Shown here: one piece after another, positions 10,396 through 20,417 of the stretch
Numbering within the stretch: the first letter of the stretch is position 1
Layout: every line of letters begins with the position of its first letter
From: Verrucomicrobiota bacterium
GTDB taxonomy: Bacteria; Verrucomicrobiota; Verrucomicrobiia; Limisphaerales; AAA164-E04
Direction of reading: 5' to 3'
NCBI GenBank assembly: GCA_047947115.1
Contig: CP170459.1
Location: forward strand, 3,264,001-3,328,000
DNA: 64,000 nucleotides
The notes under the pieces: generated by a model
The model's database searches: none
What the model saw: only the letters and a program-made list of their open reading frames with translations
What the model was told of the DNA's origin: nothing
Translations under genes and position numbers: made by a program

Positions 10396-11757
10396 CTATA
10401 CTTCCTCCCAATGCCCAGGTGATGGTACGGGGAAACGACCTTCCTCATCGGGTTTGACAGGAACCTGGCTCTGGAAATCCAATGTTTCCAGTGGACGGCA
10501 TAATTGGAAGCGGGATTGCATCATGTCCTCCCATGTCACCTCTGCCCCTGTGTGTGTGGCGGCACGCCCCATCAATGAGGTCAAGTCGGAGTAAACCGCT
10601 CTTCTCGCTTCGTTGTAGGGTAAATCCTTGCTAATGGCTTCGATGAAATGATTCCATTCGTATTGCCAGGGACTGTGTTCATCCGCAGTGGGTGTCCAGG
10701 AAATGTGGTCGCGGCCAATGCGTTGATCCTTGAATTCATGAACCGTCGCACGGTGTGTTTGCCCGGAGAACTGCGCGGCACGCTGCGTGCCATGAATGAA
10801 GGTGGCAAATTCCGTTCGCGCGTTATGCTGACGGCGGAAACCACAAAGCGCCTTGGTGCCGTCCGCAAAGGTGTATTCCATGGAATAGGTGGCCAGGTTT
10901 TGACCGCAATCCGTGCTTCTGGCGTCCCGACCTCCCATGGCAACGCAGGAAACCGGCCAGGCATCTTTGATCCAACAACATTCGTCTATCTGGTGAATGA
11001 GGTTGTCAACCATGTGTCCGGAACCGACCCAGAACAGGTGGATTCTTCCAAAATTGAGCTGGGAGGCAAAATCAAATGCCTTTTCGCCCTGGGGATTCAA
11101 CCAACCGGCGCTGCCAAGACGATTCGCCCGGATCAACTGGATTTCTCCAAGTGCACCGTCACGAATACGGTCGATCAGAGCCTGTCGAGCGGGGGAATGG
11201 CGACATTGCAGGCCAGCTGCGATCTTGACGCCTTTTTTATCTGCAACCTCGGCGGTCTTTAACAAACGGTGGAGACCGGCCGGATCTGAAGCGAAGGGTT
11301 TTTCCATGAAGACATTGATGCCTCGACTCACGGCGTACTCGACATGGAGGGGCCGGATATACGCACGCGTCGTGCACATGGCGATGTCACCAGGGCGGAG
11401 CGTTTCGATCGCCTGCCGATAAGCATCGAACCCCTGAAATTGACGTTCGATCGGAACATCAATGTCTTTGCCGAAACTTTGCTTCAATGCGGTCAAACGC
11501 TCCCGGATGGGTTCCGAATGAAGGTCTGCTGCGGCCCAGAGTTTGACCGGTCCCCGGTAGGGAACCGACAAGGCGTCCCGAACAGCGCCCGTGCCTCGTC
11601 CGCCACATCCGATCAAGGCGAGACGAATGGTTGGATCATCGGCGGCGAACACATTTCCCGGGACCACAGAGAGAAGGGCTGCGCTTCCGGCCATTTGACC
11701 ACTCCGTTGCATGAACCGCCGACGACTCACCCCGGTGTGGTTAGGAGAACCTGCCAT
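10396..11757 (-). CDS. Tat-exported Gfo/Idh/MocA family oxidoreductase
   Basis: SRRRFM Tat motif, LIGCGGRG, MEKP. Confidence 0.92.
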   Translation of the reverse strand: MAGSPNHTGVSRRRFMQRSGQMAGSAALLSVVPGNVFAADDPTIRLALIGCGGRGTGAVRDALSVPYRGPVKLWAAADLHSEPIRERLTALKQSFGKDIDVPIERQFQGFDAYRQAIETLRPGDIAMCTTRAYIRPLHVEYAVSRGINVFMEKPFASDPAGLHRLLKTAEVADKKGVKIAAGLQCRHSPARQALIDRIRDGALGEIQLIRANRLGSAGWLNPQGEKAFDFASQLNFGRIHLFWVGSGHMVDNLIHQIDECCWIKDAWPVSCVAMGGRDARSTDCGQNLATYSMEYTFADGTKALCGFRRQHNARTEFATFIHGTQRAAQFSGQTHRATVHEFKDQRIGRDHISWTPTADEHSPWQYEWNHFIEAISKDLPYNEARRAVYSDLTSLMGRAATHTGAEVTWEDMMQSRFQLCRPLETLDFQSQVPVKPDEEGRFPVPSPGHWEEV

Positions 11758-11923
11758 GATTCATATCTAGCGCAACTTCCGTCTGTTTGCTTGTCTTCGG
11801 TTGTTATATGTTGGGCGCATTTTGTTGTTCTGTCGTCGTAACCATGTTTCCTGGTTGGATTGCGCCGTTATAAACGGGGCTGTCTGTCTTCAATTCAGAT
11901 GTGGACTTCATGTCACGTGTGTC

Positions 11924-11963
11924 AAAAAAAAGCGGCATCCCATCTGACATGGGACGCCACTTT
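11924..11963 (-). terminator. Probable intrinsic terminator downstream of 11994..13373
   Basis: GCGGCATCCCAT-loop-ATGGGACGCCAC hairpin preceded on + by A8 (a U-tract on the minus strand). Confidence 0.6.
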
Positions 11964-11993
11964 CCACGACATGAGAATACACGTTACTTCTGG

Positions 11994-13373
11994 CTAGACC
12001 CAAGGCTTGGGTGTGCGAACGGGAGCATTTGTGTCATGATCGATCGGTTCGATTTCACGTCCAGTACCGTCGGTAAGCTTACGCGTCTTTTCATCAAACA
12101 GAACCGTCATGCTCAGGCGTTCGGAAATCTCCGACATGGCGATGACTGCATGTGAACGAACAGCCACTTCGATGTTTCCGTTGGGTTGTTCCCCGGATCG
12201 GATGCAGTCAAACCAGTTTTTCTCATGTGCGGGAACACTGCCGACCCGTTCCCCGATACTGAAGTCTTCGGGATCAATCTCGTCCGTGAAAGGTCTTTCC
12301 GGACGCAACTCCACGTTGTTCTGACTGGACGAAAAATTCATCGTGGCCTTGTGCCCGCGAATGGTGTCGGCAACTCCTTTTTCGTTCACCGTACTGCCTG
12401 CCACAAACAGGGTTAATCCGCTTGGAAATTCGGCCAGCAAATGAGTGGTGTCAGTGATTTCACGGTCTGTTGAAATGGCTCTGGTTCCGGTGCAGACAAC
12501 CCGGTGTGGGAATTCAAGTATCGGATTCACCATCAGCAGAGGCGTCACCCGGTGAGGCAGCAGATTGCCCAGAATGCCGTTGTTGTAGGCATAGTATTTG
12601 TGCCAACTGAAGTAATGGTCCGGATTGAAGGGGATCTTCGGGGCTTGTCCCAGCCAGCGGTTCCAGTCCAGATTTTCAGGAGTGGCATCCGGATCATTTT
12701 GATATGTCCATTCGCTGCGGGGATAGTTGTTGCGACAATACGAGGCCTGCATCCAGACAAGCGGTCCTGCCAGACCCTCTTTTACCCATTGGGCTGCTTG
12801 ATGATATTTTTTGTCGGAACAGAACTGGGAACCCAATTGAAACGTCATACCGGTGCGTTTGCAGGTGTCATACACCTCGAAAGCTTCACGCAGGTAACGC
12901 GTCATGGGTTTTTCGCAGTAAACATGTTTGCCGGCTTCCATGGCATCGATGGCACACGGAGCGTGCCAGTTGTCGACCGTGGATATGGTGACCGCGTCGA
13001 TATCTTTTCGCTCAAGCAGCTTGCGGTGATCCGTGTAGGTCGCATCGTCAGGTAACTGCAGTATTTCCTGCGCCTGTTTGAGTCGTTTTTGATAAACGTC
13101 ACATACGGCTGCGGTGGCGATATTGTTGTCGGCGGCATGCCGACTTTGGTAACGCACATGGGCCTGCCCCTGGCTGCCGGTTCCTATAAAACCGACGACG
13201 ATCCTGTCATTGGCTCCAAGGACTTTCCCCGCATATGGCGCCTTTTGTGCTTCGATCGCGGATTGTGCTCCCAGTCCGACTGCCGTGATGCCGGCGGAGA
13301 GGGTGGCGGTTTCTTTGATGAAGGTGCGGCGTGTGCGTCCTTCCCTAGGTTTGTTGGATGTTGAGGTTGGCAT
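11994..13373 (-). CDS. Tat-exported Gfo/Idh/MocA family oxidoreductase
   Basis: TRRTFIK Tat motif, GANDRIVVGFIGTGSQG, HVYCEKP. Confidence 0.93.
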   Translation of the reverse strand: MPTSTSNKPREGRTRRTFIKETATLSAGITAVGLGAQSAIEAQKAPYAGKVLGANDRIVVGFIGTGSQGQAHVRYQSRHAADNNIATAAVCDVYQKRLKQAQEILQLPDDATYTDHRKLLERKDIDAVTISTVDNWHAPCAIDAMEAGKHVYCEKPMTRYLREAFEVYDTCKRTGMTFQLGSQFCSDKKYHQAAQWVKEGLAGPLVWMQASYCRNNYPRSEWTYQNDPDATPENLDWNRWLGQAPKIPFNPDHYFSWHKYYAYNNGILGNLLPHRVTPLLMVNPILEFPHRVVCTGTRAISTDREITDTTHLLAEFPSGLTLFVAGSTVNEKGVADTIRGHKATMNFSSSQNNVELRPERPFTDEIDPEDFSIGERVGSVPAHEKNWFDCIRSGEQPNGNIEVAVRSHAVIAMSEISERLSMTVLFDEKTRKLTDGTGREIEPIDHDTNAPVRTPKPWV

Positions 13374-13475
13374 GGCTATTTAGGAATTTATCCAAAATAT
13401 GACCAACCACGGACAAAAGCTCCACCTGCTTTTTGGTGTTGGCTGTCCCTTTTTTGCTTTGACTTGGGGAGGGGG

Positions 13476-14555
13476 TTAATTGTCCGGTGAGAGAACTTCG
13501 CTTATCATGACTTCGCGTCCGAGTTTGAGAGAGCGTTCAGCTGCTTCCAGTGCAGCGATGACTTCCACTTCTTCGTCGATTGGAACGGATTCGTTGCCTG
13601 TCAACACGTAATCCATAAACGCCTCCAGAAGGTAGGAATATAGGTGGGCAAGATTCGGGATGACATGCCGCCACCCTTTGGTGCCGTGCAGGTTGATTTC
13701 ATATCCTGCACGCATCTTCTCCTGTTCCGCAACGGTGAGAACCACGTCGAGATCGTTGGCAAATCGAATGCGTGCGATGTTGGCTCCGGGTCTGCCCACG
13801 TTGATGGCGCTCACCGCTCCTCTGCCCAAAACCGCATAAATCATTGAGAGTGCATGGATGCCGTAATAGATCAGATCGTTCCCACAGGTTGCACTCGCCA
13901 GGTGGACGTTTCCGAGTTTTGGGAGTTCTTCACGGAGTCGAATGATATCCGGTACAAATCTCAAACTGCTGGCCGACATCAGGGGAGTGCCGGTTTGCTT
14001 GGAAAGTCGGGCAATTCTGGACGCATCACGTGCGTTCATGGCAAGGGGCTTGTCGCAAAAGGTCGGGATACCTTTTTCCAGGGAGTCGAGCGCGTATTTC
14101 CATTGTTCTCCAGTCCCGTCGTCGATCAAGATGACGGCGTCCACGTCGTCGCAGCATTGCTCGGGGGTGTCTGTCACGGTGTCGATGCGACACGCGGCGG
14201 CCATCGCACGTGCGGCCTGGGGATTCGTATCCCAGACTTTGACAACTCTTGCCGAACTCAGACGGCGTTGTGATTTGACAAACACTCCTTCAAACTCCGC
14301 GGCCTTGCCTTCATCCCAGCCATTGAAAGTGGTTGCAAAGGCCGTTCCATGATTGGAACCCGATTTGCGTTCTTCCCCCGGTCGTCCATAGGTCGCTGCT
14401 GAAACCAGTCCCAACCGAAGTTGTCTGCCGGGCGTTTGTCCATGGTTTTGAATGGCCAATCCGGTGGTGGATGCCGCTGCAAGCATGTGCATTGTTTTTT
14501 TACCAAACGTCCGGCGACACATTTTTGTATGATGTTGTTGGGGGTGAGGTTTCAT
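13476..14555 (-). CDS. Gfo/Idh/MocA family oxidoreductase, probably Tat-exported
   Basis: CRRTF motif, TFCDKPLA, SASSLRF, YYGIH. Confidence 0.85.
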   Translation of the reverse strand: MKPHPQQHHTKMCRRTFGKKTMHMLAAASTTGLAIQNHGQTPGRQLRLGLVSAATYGRPGEERKSGSNHGTAFATTFNGWDEGKAAEFEGVFVKSQRRLSSARVVKVWDTNPQAARAMAAACRIDTVTDTPEQCCDDVDAVILIDDGTGEQWKYALDSLEKGIPTFCDKPLAMNARDASRIARLSKQTGTPLMSASSLRFVPDIIRLREELPKLGNVHLASATCGNDLIYYGIHALSMIYAVLGRGAVSAINVGRPGANIARIRFANDLDVVLTVAEQEKMRAGYEINLHGTKGWRHVIPNLAHLYSYLLEAFMDYVLTGNESVPIDEEVEVIAALEAAERSLKLGREVMISEVLSPDN

Positions 14556-14559
14556 GATG

Positions 14560-17500
14560 TCAGTTTCTAATGGGTTGGGAGATGCGCAGGTATGCGAAGA
14601 AATCCCTTAGCTGTTGATCACTCAGGTCGTTCAGCAAACCTTCCGGCATCAGACTGCGGCTGTTGGGTTCCATGGATTCGATCTCTGTGTTCGGCAGGGT
14701 CACATCCTGACCGTCCAGTCCTCGCAGCACTGTGACCTGATTGTCACGATCCACCTGAAACCCGGCAAGTGACCTGCCATCCTTGGTCTCAATGTTCACA
14801 TACTGATATCCCTCACGTATCTCTGCGTTGGGGTCCAGAATGCTGGTCAGCAAAGTGCCCAGATCCTTTCGCTGGTAAGCGGTCAGATCAGGTCCGACCT
14901 GACCGCCTTTGAAAAACAATTTGTGACAAACGCCGCATCGTTCGAGGAAAATGGGTTCCCCCTTGTAGGGATCTCCTGAACCACCCTGCAGTATGGTTTG
15001 GATATGACTCTGCTTGATGGGAATGGTTTGCTCGCTCCCGGACTGCTTCAATGGAAACATTTCGGCTGCTCTGTCCCGGATGCTTTGATTGGCATGTGAC
15101 CGGAACAGGTCGGCGATTTCATTTGGTATGAAAGACACACTCAATGCACCGGATTCAATGTTTTCAAACAGTTTCTCGGTCCATCGGGGTCTGTTGGCCA
15201 ACAAATTCAACGCTGCCAGACGAACGTCATCCGGAATGTCGGGTAAAAACTCGAGGATGGCATCGGCAATCGATTCGGACGTGTAGGCACTCAGGGAAGC
15301 GAATGCCGCTTTGCGCAGTTCGGGTGGAGCTTTTGATTTCGCAAGGTTCAGCAACACCGAGAGGTTGGATGTTCGCCGGGCTTCTCCCAAAGTGCGTGTG
15401 TAAAGCAGGCGATCTTCCAAGGCTTGCTCTTCGCTTGCTATGATCACGGCGGCTTCCTCAAATGCTGCATCCTCTCCCTGACGCAGACGAAGCACCAGAG
15501 AACGGGATGTGGCTTGTGCCAGTTCCAACGCGAGTTCGTCCGGAATCACCGGAATGGTGCGTCCGCGGAATGCCTGCTCATATCCTTGCAACAGGGCATC
15601 CGTTTGTTCTTCCGTATCTGCAAACGCCAGCAAGTTTGCCAATAAAACCAAATCCTGCCGCTTTCCGTCCACTGCCAACCTTCGAGCCAGTCTTGGCAGG
15701 ACTTGTTTGCGGATGATGGGCTGCCTCCAAAGGTCTTTGGTCATAAAAGATCTTACGATGCTCTGTATGTTCTCGGGAATATGGGCTTCCAATACCCACC
15801 AACTGAGCAGAGGGATGAACGGATCCTCCAGATCTTCGTCATGGTGCATGATGACCTTGATCAGTGAGAGGCCCTGTGCGAGTTCCAACCTGCGTGCGGT
15901 GGAGGCCATTTGCGACCTTGTCTCGGGATTGTTTTCAATACGTGCCTGATCCATAAGCGCTTTCATAAGCGCATCGGGTAGGGGAAGCGCCTTCAAACGT
16001 TTGCCGGGCAAACCAAGATTGCGATGGATCCCGTAGGTGTCTCCAATAAAGCGCACCGCCCAGTTACGCACCGCCGCTTCTGAATGTTGAAGCGCTTGAA
16101 TCGCTGTGCCGGAATCCAAACCTCCTGCCTGATACAAAGCCCAAAGCGCGTTCCATGCCGTCGGGCCCGTTGAATCAATGATTTTTCTGCGCAAGGTTTG
16201 AAAGGTGGAAGGGCTTCGTCGTTCTCCCAGAAGTCGGACAGCAGTCTGGCGATGCCATTTGTTCGGATGTCCCAGCAGGTCCATTAATTCAGAGTCGGAT
16301 TTGGCGGCCAGGTTCAGATCCGACTCGCGCGGTAAATCCTTGCCGGCTATGCGAAAGATACGGCCGGTGGTGGGATCAATCTGGTTCTGATAATGCTGAC
16401 CGTGCGCGATGTAAAACTCATACATGTCTGAAACCATGATGGAACCGTCCGGAGCGTTTGCGATATGGACTGGTCGAAACGCGGGATCGAAACTCTTCAC
16501 CACCACACCTTGATCCTTCGTTCTAAAGGTGGCTCCGCGTTCTTCCCGATGGGAGGCAATCACCTCGTTGTGCAGGGGGTCAATCGCAAATAACATGCCG
16601 TGCCATTGGGGCGGAATGGCGGAACCTTCCGCAAAAGCTCCAAAGTGGGTGAATCGTACCACGCGATCCGGTGTTGCCATCATGGGCAATTCCCCGAATG
16701 CATACGGGTTTCTTGGAGGTCCAAACTTGCCGGGATTGACTCCCTGCATCTGGTAAAAACCTCCCTGAACAAAATGCCATCCTCTGGTGCTTCCTCCGTT
16801 GTGCCCCGAGTACAAGCGACCTTCTGCGTCAAATTCCAAACCGTAGGTGTTACCGCCACCCTCGGCAAAGAGTTCAAATGCCCGGGTCTCCGGATGATAA
16901 CGCCACACCATGCATCCTTCAAAATAAACACCGGTTGCACCCTTCGCATCAATGCCTGGACGCGTGACTCGACATGAACAGGTGCTGCCCTGACCTCCAT
17001 AAAGCCAGCCGTCCGGCCCCCAGACCAGTCCATTGGAAATTGAATGAGAATCCTCGAAACCAAATCCGGTTAAATGCACTTCCGGATCTCCGTCAGGAAT
17101 GTCGTCGTTGTTGGCGTCTGGGTAGAACAGCAGGTGAGGTGTATGCATGATCCAGACACCCCCGTGTCCGCGAATGGCGGAGTTGGCCATGTTCAGACCA
17201 TCCACAAATGTCTTGTGCGTGTCGTAGGTGCCGTCACCATTGGTATCTTCGTGAATGGTGATCCGATCGGCTCCCGGCGTGTGATTGGGCGGAGCAGGGG
17301 GGATGGCATTGTAATGCGAGCGGTAATATTTGTCCCGGCTCAGCATTTCAATTCCGGCCGGGTAGGGATATTGTCTGGATTGAGCCACCCACATCCTTCC
17401 TCGTTCATCAAAAGTGAAATGGAACGGTTGGGTGACGGTTGGTTCGTAAAGCAGCAACTCCGTTTCCAATCCTTCGCTGGCAGTCATCCTCGCCGCCGAT

Positions 17501-18156
17501 TCATGGGGTGCCAGACGGGGACCGTGGACCTGCTCTGTTCGCGCCAGAACACGCTGTGACTCCCTGAACTGGTCAAAAGCCGCCCGCTGAGGTTGTACAT
17601 CGATGGCTGGCCCCGGTACGTAAGTGTCCTCTTTTAGAAACTCCCATTCGCCTTCAAACACACATTCAAGAAAGTAATCCATGATAAAAGGAGACTCTCC
17701 CAGGAACCCTCCCAGGCTGGCCGGGGCTTGTAAACGCAAGGTAAGCTCATTCCACTTACCTTTCTCAAGCGTGCCCGCCGGGATTTTATGTCGGAAGGTC
17801 GTGTTTGTTGATTCCTTGTTTTCGGGAGTCGAAACTTGGCCGGAGCCGACCTTGGTGCCATTCACCCACAAGGCGTGATTGCCCACCAGACCCCTTATAT
17901 GCATCCCCACTGATTCTTCAAAGAGGTTGCGTTCGTGTCGGCTGAAATAACTGTCCGGAACCTTCACCCAACACCGATACCAGCCTGTGGCGGTGCTGAT
18001 GGATGAATCAGGAAACGCTTGTGCCCAGTTTCCCGGGACCGAAAGGGTCTGCCAATCCGCCGAGTAGGTGAACGTGGCACTGGAGATCCAGGCTAAGGCA
18101 ATCCACGATACGTTGAAAAAACGATGAATGAACTTCATTCCATACGACTGGGACAT
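14560..18156 (-). CDS. PVC-type membrane-bound dehydrogenase / heme-binding CxxCH protein with N-terminal jelly-roll sugar-binding-like domain
   Basis: FDERGRMWV..YP propeller, GPDGWLYG, HEAT-like repeats, CGVCH, VGPDL, SLMPEGL. Confidence 0.9.
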   Translation of the reverse strand: MSQSYGMKFIHRFFNVSWIALAWISSATFTYSADWQTLSVPGNWAQAFPDSSISTATGWYRCWVKVPDSYFSRHERNLFEESVGMHIRGLVGNHALWVNGTKVGSGQVSTPENKESTNTTFRHKIPAGTLEKGKWNELTLRLQAPASLGGFLGESPFIMDYFLECVFEGEWEFLKEDTYVPGPAIDVQPQRAAFDQFRESQRVLARTEQVHGPRLAPHESAARMTASEGLETELLLYEPTVTQPFHFTFDERGRMWVAQSRQYPYPAGIEMLSRDKYYRSHYNAIPPAPPNHTPGADRITIHEDTNGDGTYDTHKTFVDGLNMANSAIRGHGGVWIMHTPHLLFYPDANNDDIPDGDPEVHLTGFGFEDSHSISNGLVWGPDGWLYGGQGSTCSCRVTRPGIDAKGATGVYFEGCMVWRYHPETRAFELFAEGGGNTYGLEFDAEGRLYSGHNGGSTRGWHFVQGGFYQMQGVNPGKFGPPRNPYAFGELPMMATPDRVVRFTHFGAFAEGSAIPPQWHGMLFAIDPLHNEVIASHREERGATFRTKDQGVVVKSFDPAFRPVHIANAPDGSIMVSDMYEFYIAHGQHYQNQIDPTTGRIFRIAGKDLPRESDLNLAAKSDSELMDLLGHPNKWHRQTAVRLLGERRSPSTFQTLRRKIIDSTGPTAWNALWALYQAGGLDSGTAIQALQHSEAAVRNWAVRFIGDTYGIHRNLGLPGKRLKALPLPDALMKALMDQARIENNPETRSQMASTARRLELAQGLSLIKVIMHHDEDLEDPFIPLLSWWVLEAHIPENIQSIVRSFMTKDLWRQPIIRKQVLPRLARRLAVDGKRQDLVLLANLLAFADTEEQTDALLQGYEQAFRGRTIPVIPDELALELAQATSRSLVLRLRQGEDAAFEEAAVIIASEEQALEDRLLYTRTLGEARRTSNLSVLLNLAKSKAPPELRKAAFASLSAYTSESIADAILEFLPDIPDDVRLAALNLLANRPRWTEKLFENIESGALSVSFIPNEIADLFRSHANQSIRDRAAEMFPLKQSGSEQTIPIKQSHIQTILQGGSGDPYKGEPIFLERCGVCHKLFFKGGQVGPDLTAYQRKDLGTLLTSILDPNAEIREGYQYVNIETKDGRSLAGFQVDRDNQVTVLRGLDGQDVTLPNTEIESMEPNSRSLMPEGLLNDLSDQQLRDFFAYLRISQPIRN

Positions 18157-18247
18157 GTCCTACCTTTACAGTAATCATGGGCTCCAAGTCGAGCGGAGAC
18201 TCGAGGACTGATTCTTAATCTCTCGCCAAGGAGTCCTGATCAATCAT

Positions 18248-19534
18248 ATGATCAGGATTATGAGTGTTCTGAGGAATAGATTTTGCATGGAAGTGATGAA
18301 CCTCACATGCCTGCTTTTGATGACATCAGGTGTGTGCAGAGTTTTTGCACAGGAGGAAATACCCTGGTCAGCCAGACATGATCTGATCGAGCAGCTTTCC
18401 AAGAGACCTGGATTCAATTACGATGAATCCAAAGTGCCCGAGTATGTTCTTCCTGATCCATTGATTGCCGAAGATGGAACCCCTGTTTTGAGCGCGCGTC
18501 AGTGGAATGAATCACGCCGTCAGGAAATCCTGAATCTGTTTCGGGATCAGGTATATGGTCGACGTCCGACCACAGAGTATCAACTGACATTCGAGCAGAC
18601 AGCCGAAGAGAACGACGCACTCGAAGGAAAAGCGATCGGACGTAGCATGATTGCGAAAGTTTCAATACGGAATCGCTCTTTCTCATGGCCCTTTGTCCTG
18701 TTTCTGCCCAAGAAAACCAAAGAGCCGGTGCCAGCCATCATTCTCATCAACAATCGATACTTCATTCCGTTGGACAAGGCAGCCAAGGAGCATGATCCTT
18801 TCTGGTCCGTCAAGCAGATCATTGACCGGGGATATGCAACCGCATCCTTTCACACATCCGATGTCGATCCTGACAGAAAAGAAGGTTATGGCGAGGGTAT
18901 ACGATCCTTTTTTGCGGATGGCACTCCACCTGAAGACAACGCCTGGCGCAGTCTCTCCGCCTGGGGCTGGGCAGCAAGCAGGGTTTTGGATTACATGGAA
19001 ACCGTGGATGCGATCGATGCCGGACGCGTCGCGGTTGTCGGACATTCCCGTGGGGGGAAAACATCTCTTTGGGCTGCGGCCGAGGATGCTCGTTTTGCCA
19101 TCGCTTACAGCAATAATTCCGGCTGTGGCGGTGCGGCTCTTTCACGAAGAGCTTACGGAGAGACGGTCGCTATCATTACCAGAGGCTTCCCTCATTGGTT
19201 CTGTCCGCCATTTGCGGCGTTTGGCGGAAAAGAATCTGAACTGCCTGTAGATCAACACCAATTGATTGCGCTGATTGCTCCGCGAGGCGTTTACGTTACC
19301 AGCGCGGACGAAGATCTCTGGGCGGATCCGAAAGGTGAATACAGTTCCATTGTCGCGGCGTCTCCGGTCTTTCGCCTGTTGGACAAAACTTCGATTATCG
19401 AACCGCAAATGCCCTCATTGAATTCACCCAGAGTTTCAGGGCAAACCGGATATCACATACGAACCGGCGAACATAATCTGAAGGACCAGGACTGGACTTG
19501 GTTTCTGGACTATGCAGACGGTTTGCTTAAATAG
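18248..19534 (+). CDS. CE15 family glucuronoyl esterase-like alpha/beta hydrolase
   Basis: NYDESKVPEY.LPDPL, AWGWAASR.LD, GHSRGGK nucleophile motif, SGCGG, LPVDQH.L.ALIAPR. Confidence 0.9.
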   Translation: MIRIMSVLRNRFCMEVMNLTCLLLMTSGVCRVFAQEEIPWSARHDLIEQLSKRPGFNYDESKVPEYVLPDPLIAEDGTPVLSARQWNESRRQEILNLFRDQVYGRRPTTEYQLTFEQTAEENDALEGKAIGRSMIAKVSIRNRSFSWPFVLFLPKKTKEPVPAIILINNRYFIPLDKAAKEHDPFWSVKQIIDRGYATASFHTSDVDPDRKEGYGEGIRSFFADGTPPEDNAWRSLSAWGWAASRVLDYMETVDAIDAGRVAVVGHSRGGKTSLWAAAEDARFAIAYSNNSGCGGAALSRRAYGETVAIITRGFPHWFCPPFAAFGGKESELPVDQHQLIALIAPRGVYVTSADEDLWADPKGEYSSIVAASPVFRLLDKTSIIEPQMPSLNSPRVSGQTGYHIRTGEHNLKDQDWTWFLDYADGLLK

Positions 19535-19900
19535 CATTGTTTCGGCCATTATTGGAAAACTGCGAGTGTTGATCTTGCCAATGCTTTCTTCATTTCGAGG
19601 GGCAATTTGGAATGATTCTCGGAAACCCGCAAACCATCAATGAACAAGGCGTCACCATCGTGCCCTTCGACGTTCGATGACTCGAGAGCGACAACGTTTA
19701 TATTCAGGCCAAAGACCTGCTCCCGGAAGGCATGAACCATGCATTCATCGAACAAAGGAAGGAGACATTCCATGATAAATCTTCCTGACACATACAAGAC
19801 GAACGGTCGGGAACATTTCCAGGCGCAGATTTGGGAGCCTGTTTTCCAGTATGCAAATTCTGAACAGCAGCGGTGACATTTCCAATTGGAATAAAAAGGT

Positions 19901-19915
19901 TGCGATATACTCTCA
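19901..19915. promoter_or_regulatory. Putative Fur/Zur-family operator overlapping the promoter of the RAPP leader
   Basis: TGCGA-TATAC-TCTCA, a 15-bp imperfect palindrome of the TGAGA-N5-TCTCA type, 25 bp upstream of ATG 19941; overlaps a TTGCGA -35-like hexamer. Confidence 0.45.
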
Positions 19916-19940
19916 GATGCATTAACTCCTATTTCAGAAA

Positions 19941-20309
19941 ATGAAATCCGTTCGCCACATCATCACTTTTTGGATGACAGCGAGTATCCTCGTTGCAGGA
20001 TTCCTCGCTCGTAGTGAGCAGTTTCATTCGTGGCTCCACGAGGGGGAGGAACATTGTCACGTCGAAGCATCCCATTGCCAAGATAAAGGACAAACGGGCC
20101 ACCACCACGAGGGTGAAAAAACGGAAGAACACCCGCATGGCCTTCTGACCTTGATGGCTGGAGCAGCCATGGAAAGTTCTTTTGTTCCGTGCGTCTGTCC
20201 CGAACCTGTTTTTTCTCAATACTCCTTTGTTGCCTGGAATCTCCAGGAAATTCCATGCGTTCGAACATGGAAGGCGACCCAGGGTCGCGCCCCTCCCATT
20301 CTTTCCTGA
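19941..20309 (+). CDS. His-rich secreted leader peptide with C-terminal RAPP arrest motif (DUF2946/CruR-like)
   Basis: Signal-like N-terminus; His cluster FHSWLHEGEEHCHVEASHC...GHHHEGEKTEEHPH; ends QGRAPPILS*. Confidence 0.8.
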   Translation: MKSVRHIITFWMTASILVAGFLARSEQFHSWLHEGEEHCHVEASHCQDKGQTGHHHEGEKTEEHPHGLLTLMAGAAMESSFVPCVCPEPVFSQYSFVAWNLQEIPCVRTWKATQGRAPPILS

Positions 20310-20417
20310 TCCTTTCTCTTATTTTTCGAACCAAGGCGTTTCACTTGTGGACAAACATGCTTTCCTGCGAAGCATGCCCTTTGGAATGCCGCTCATTAAA
20401 TCTTTTATATTATTGTT

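Noticed and set aside
19549..19922. Short ORFs between the CE15 gene and the RAPP leader
   Set aside because: Both strands give short or stop-interrupted frames with no recognisable motif; a possible gene remnant, but unsupported.
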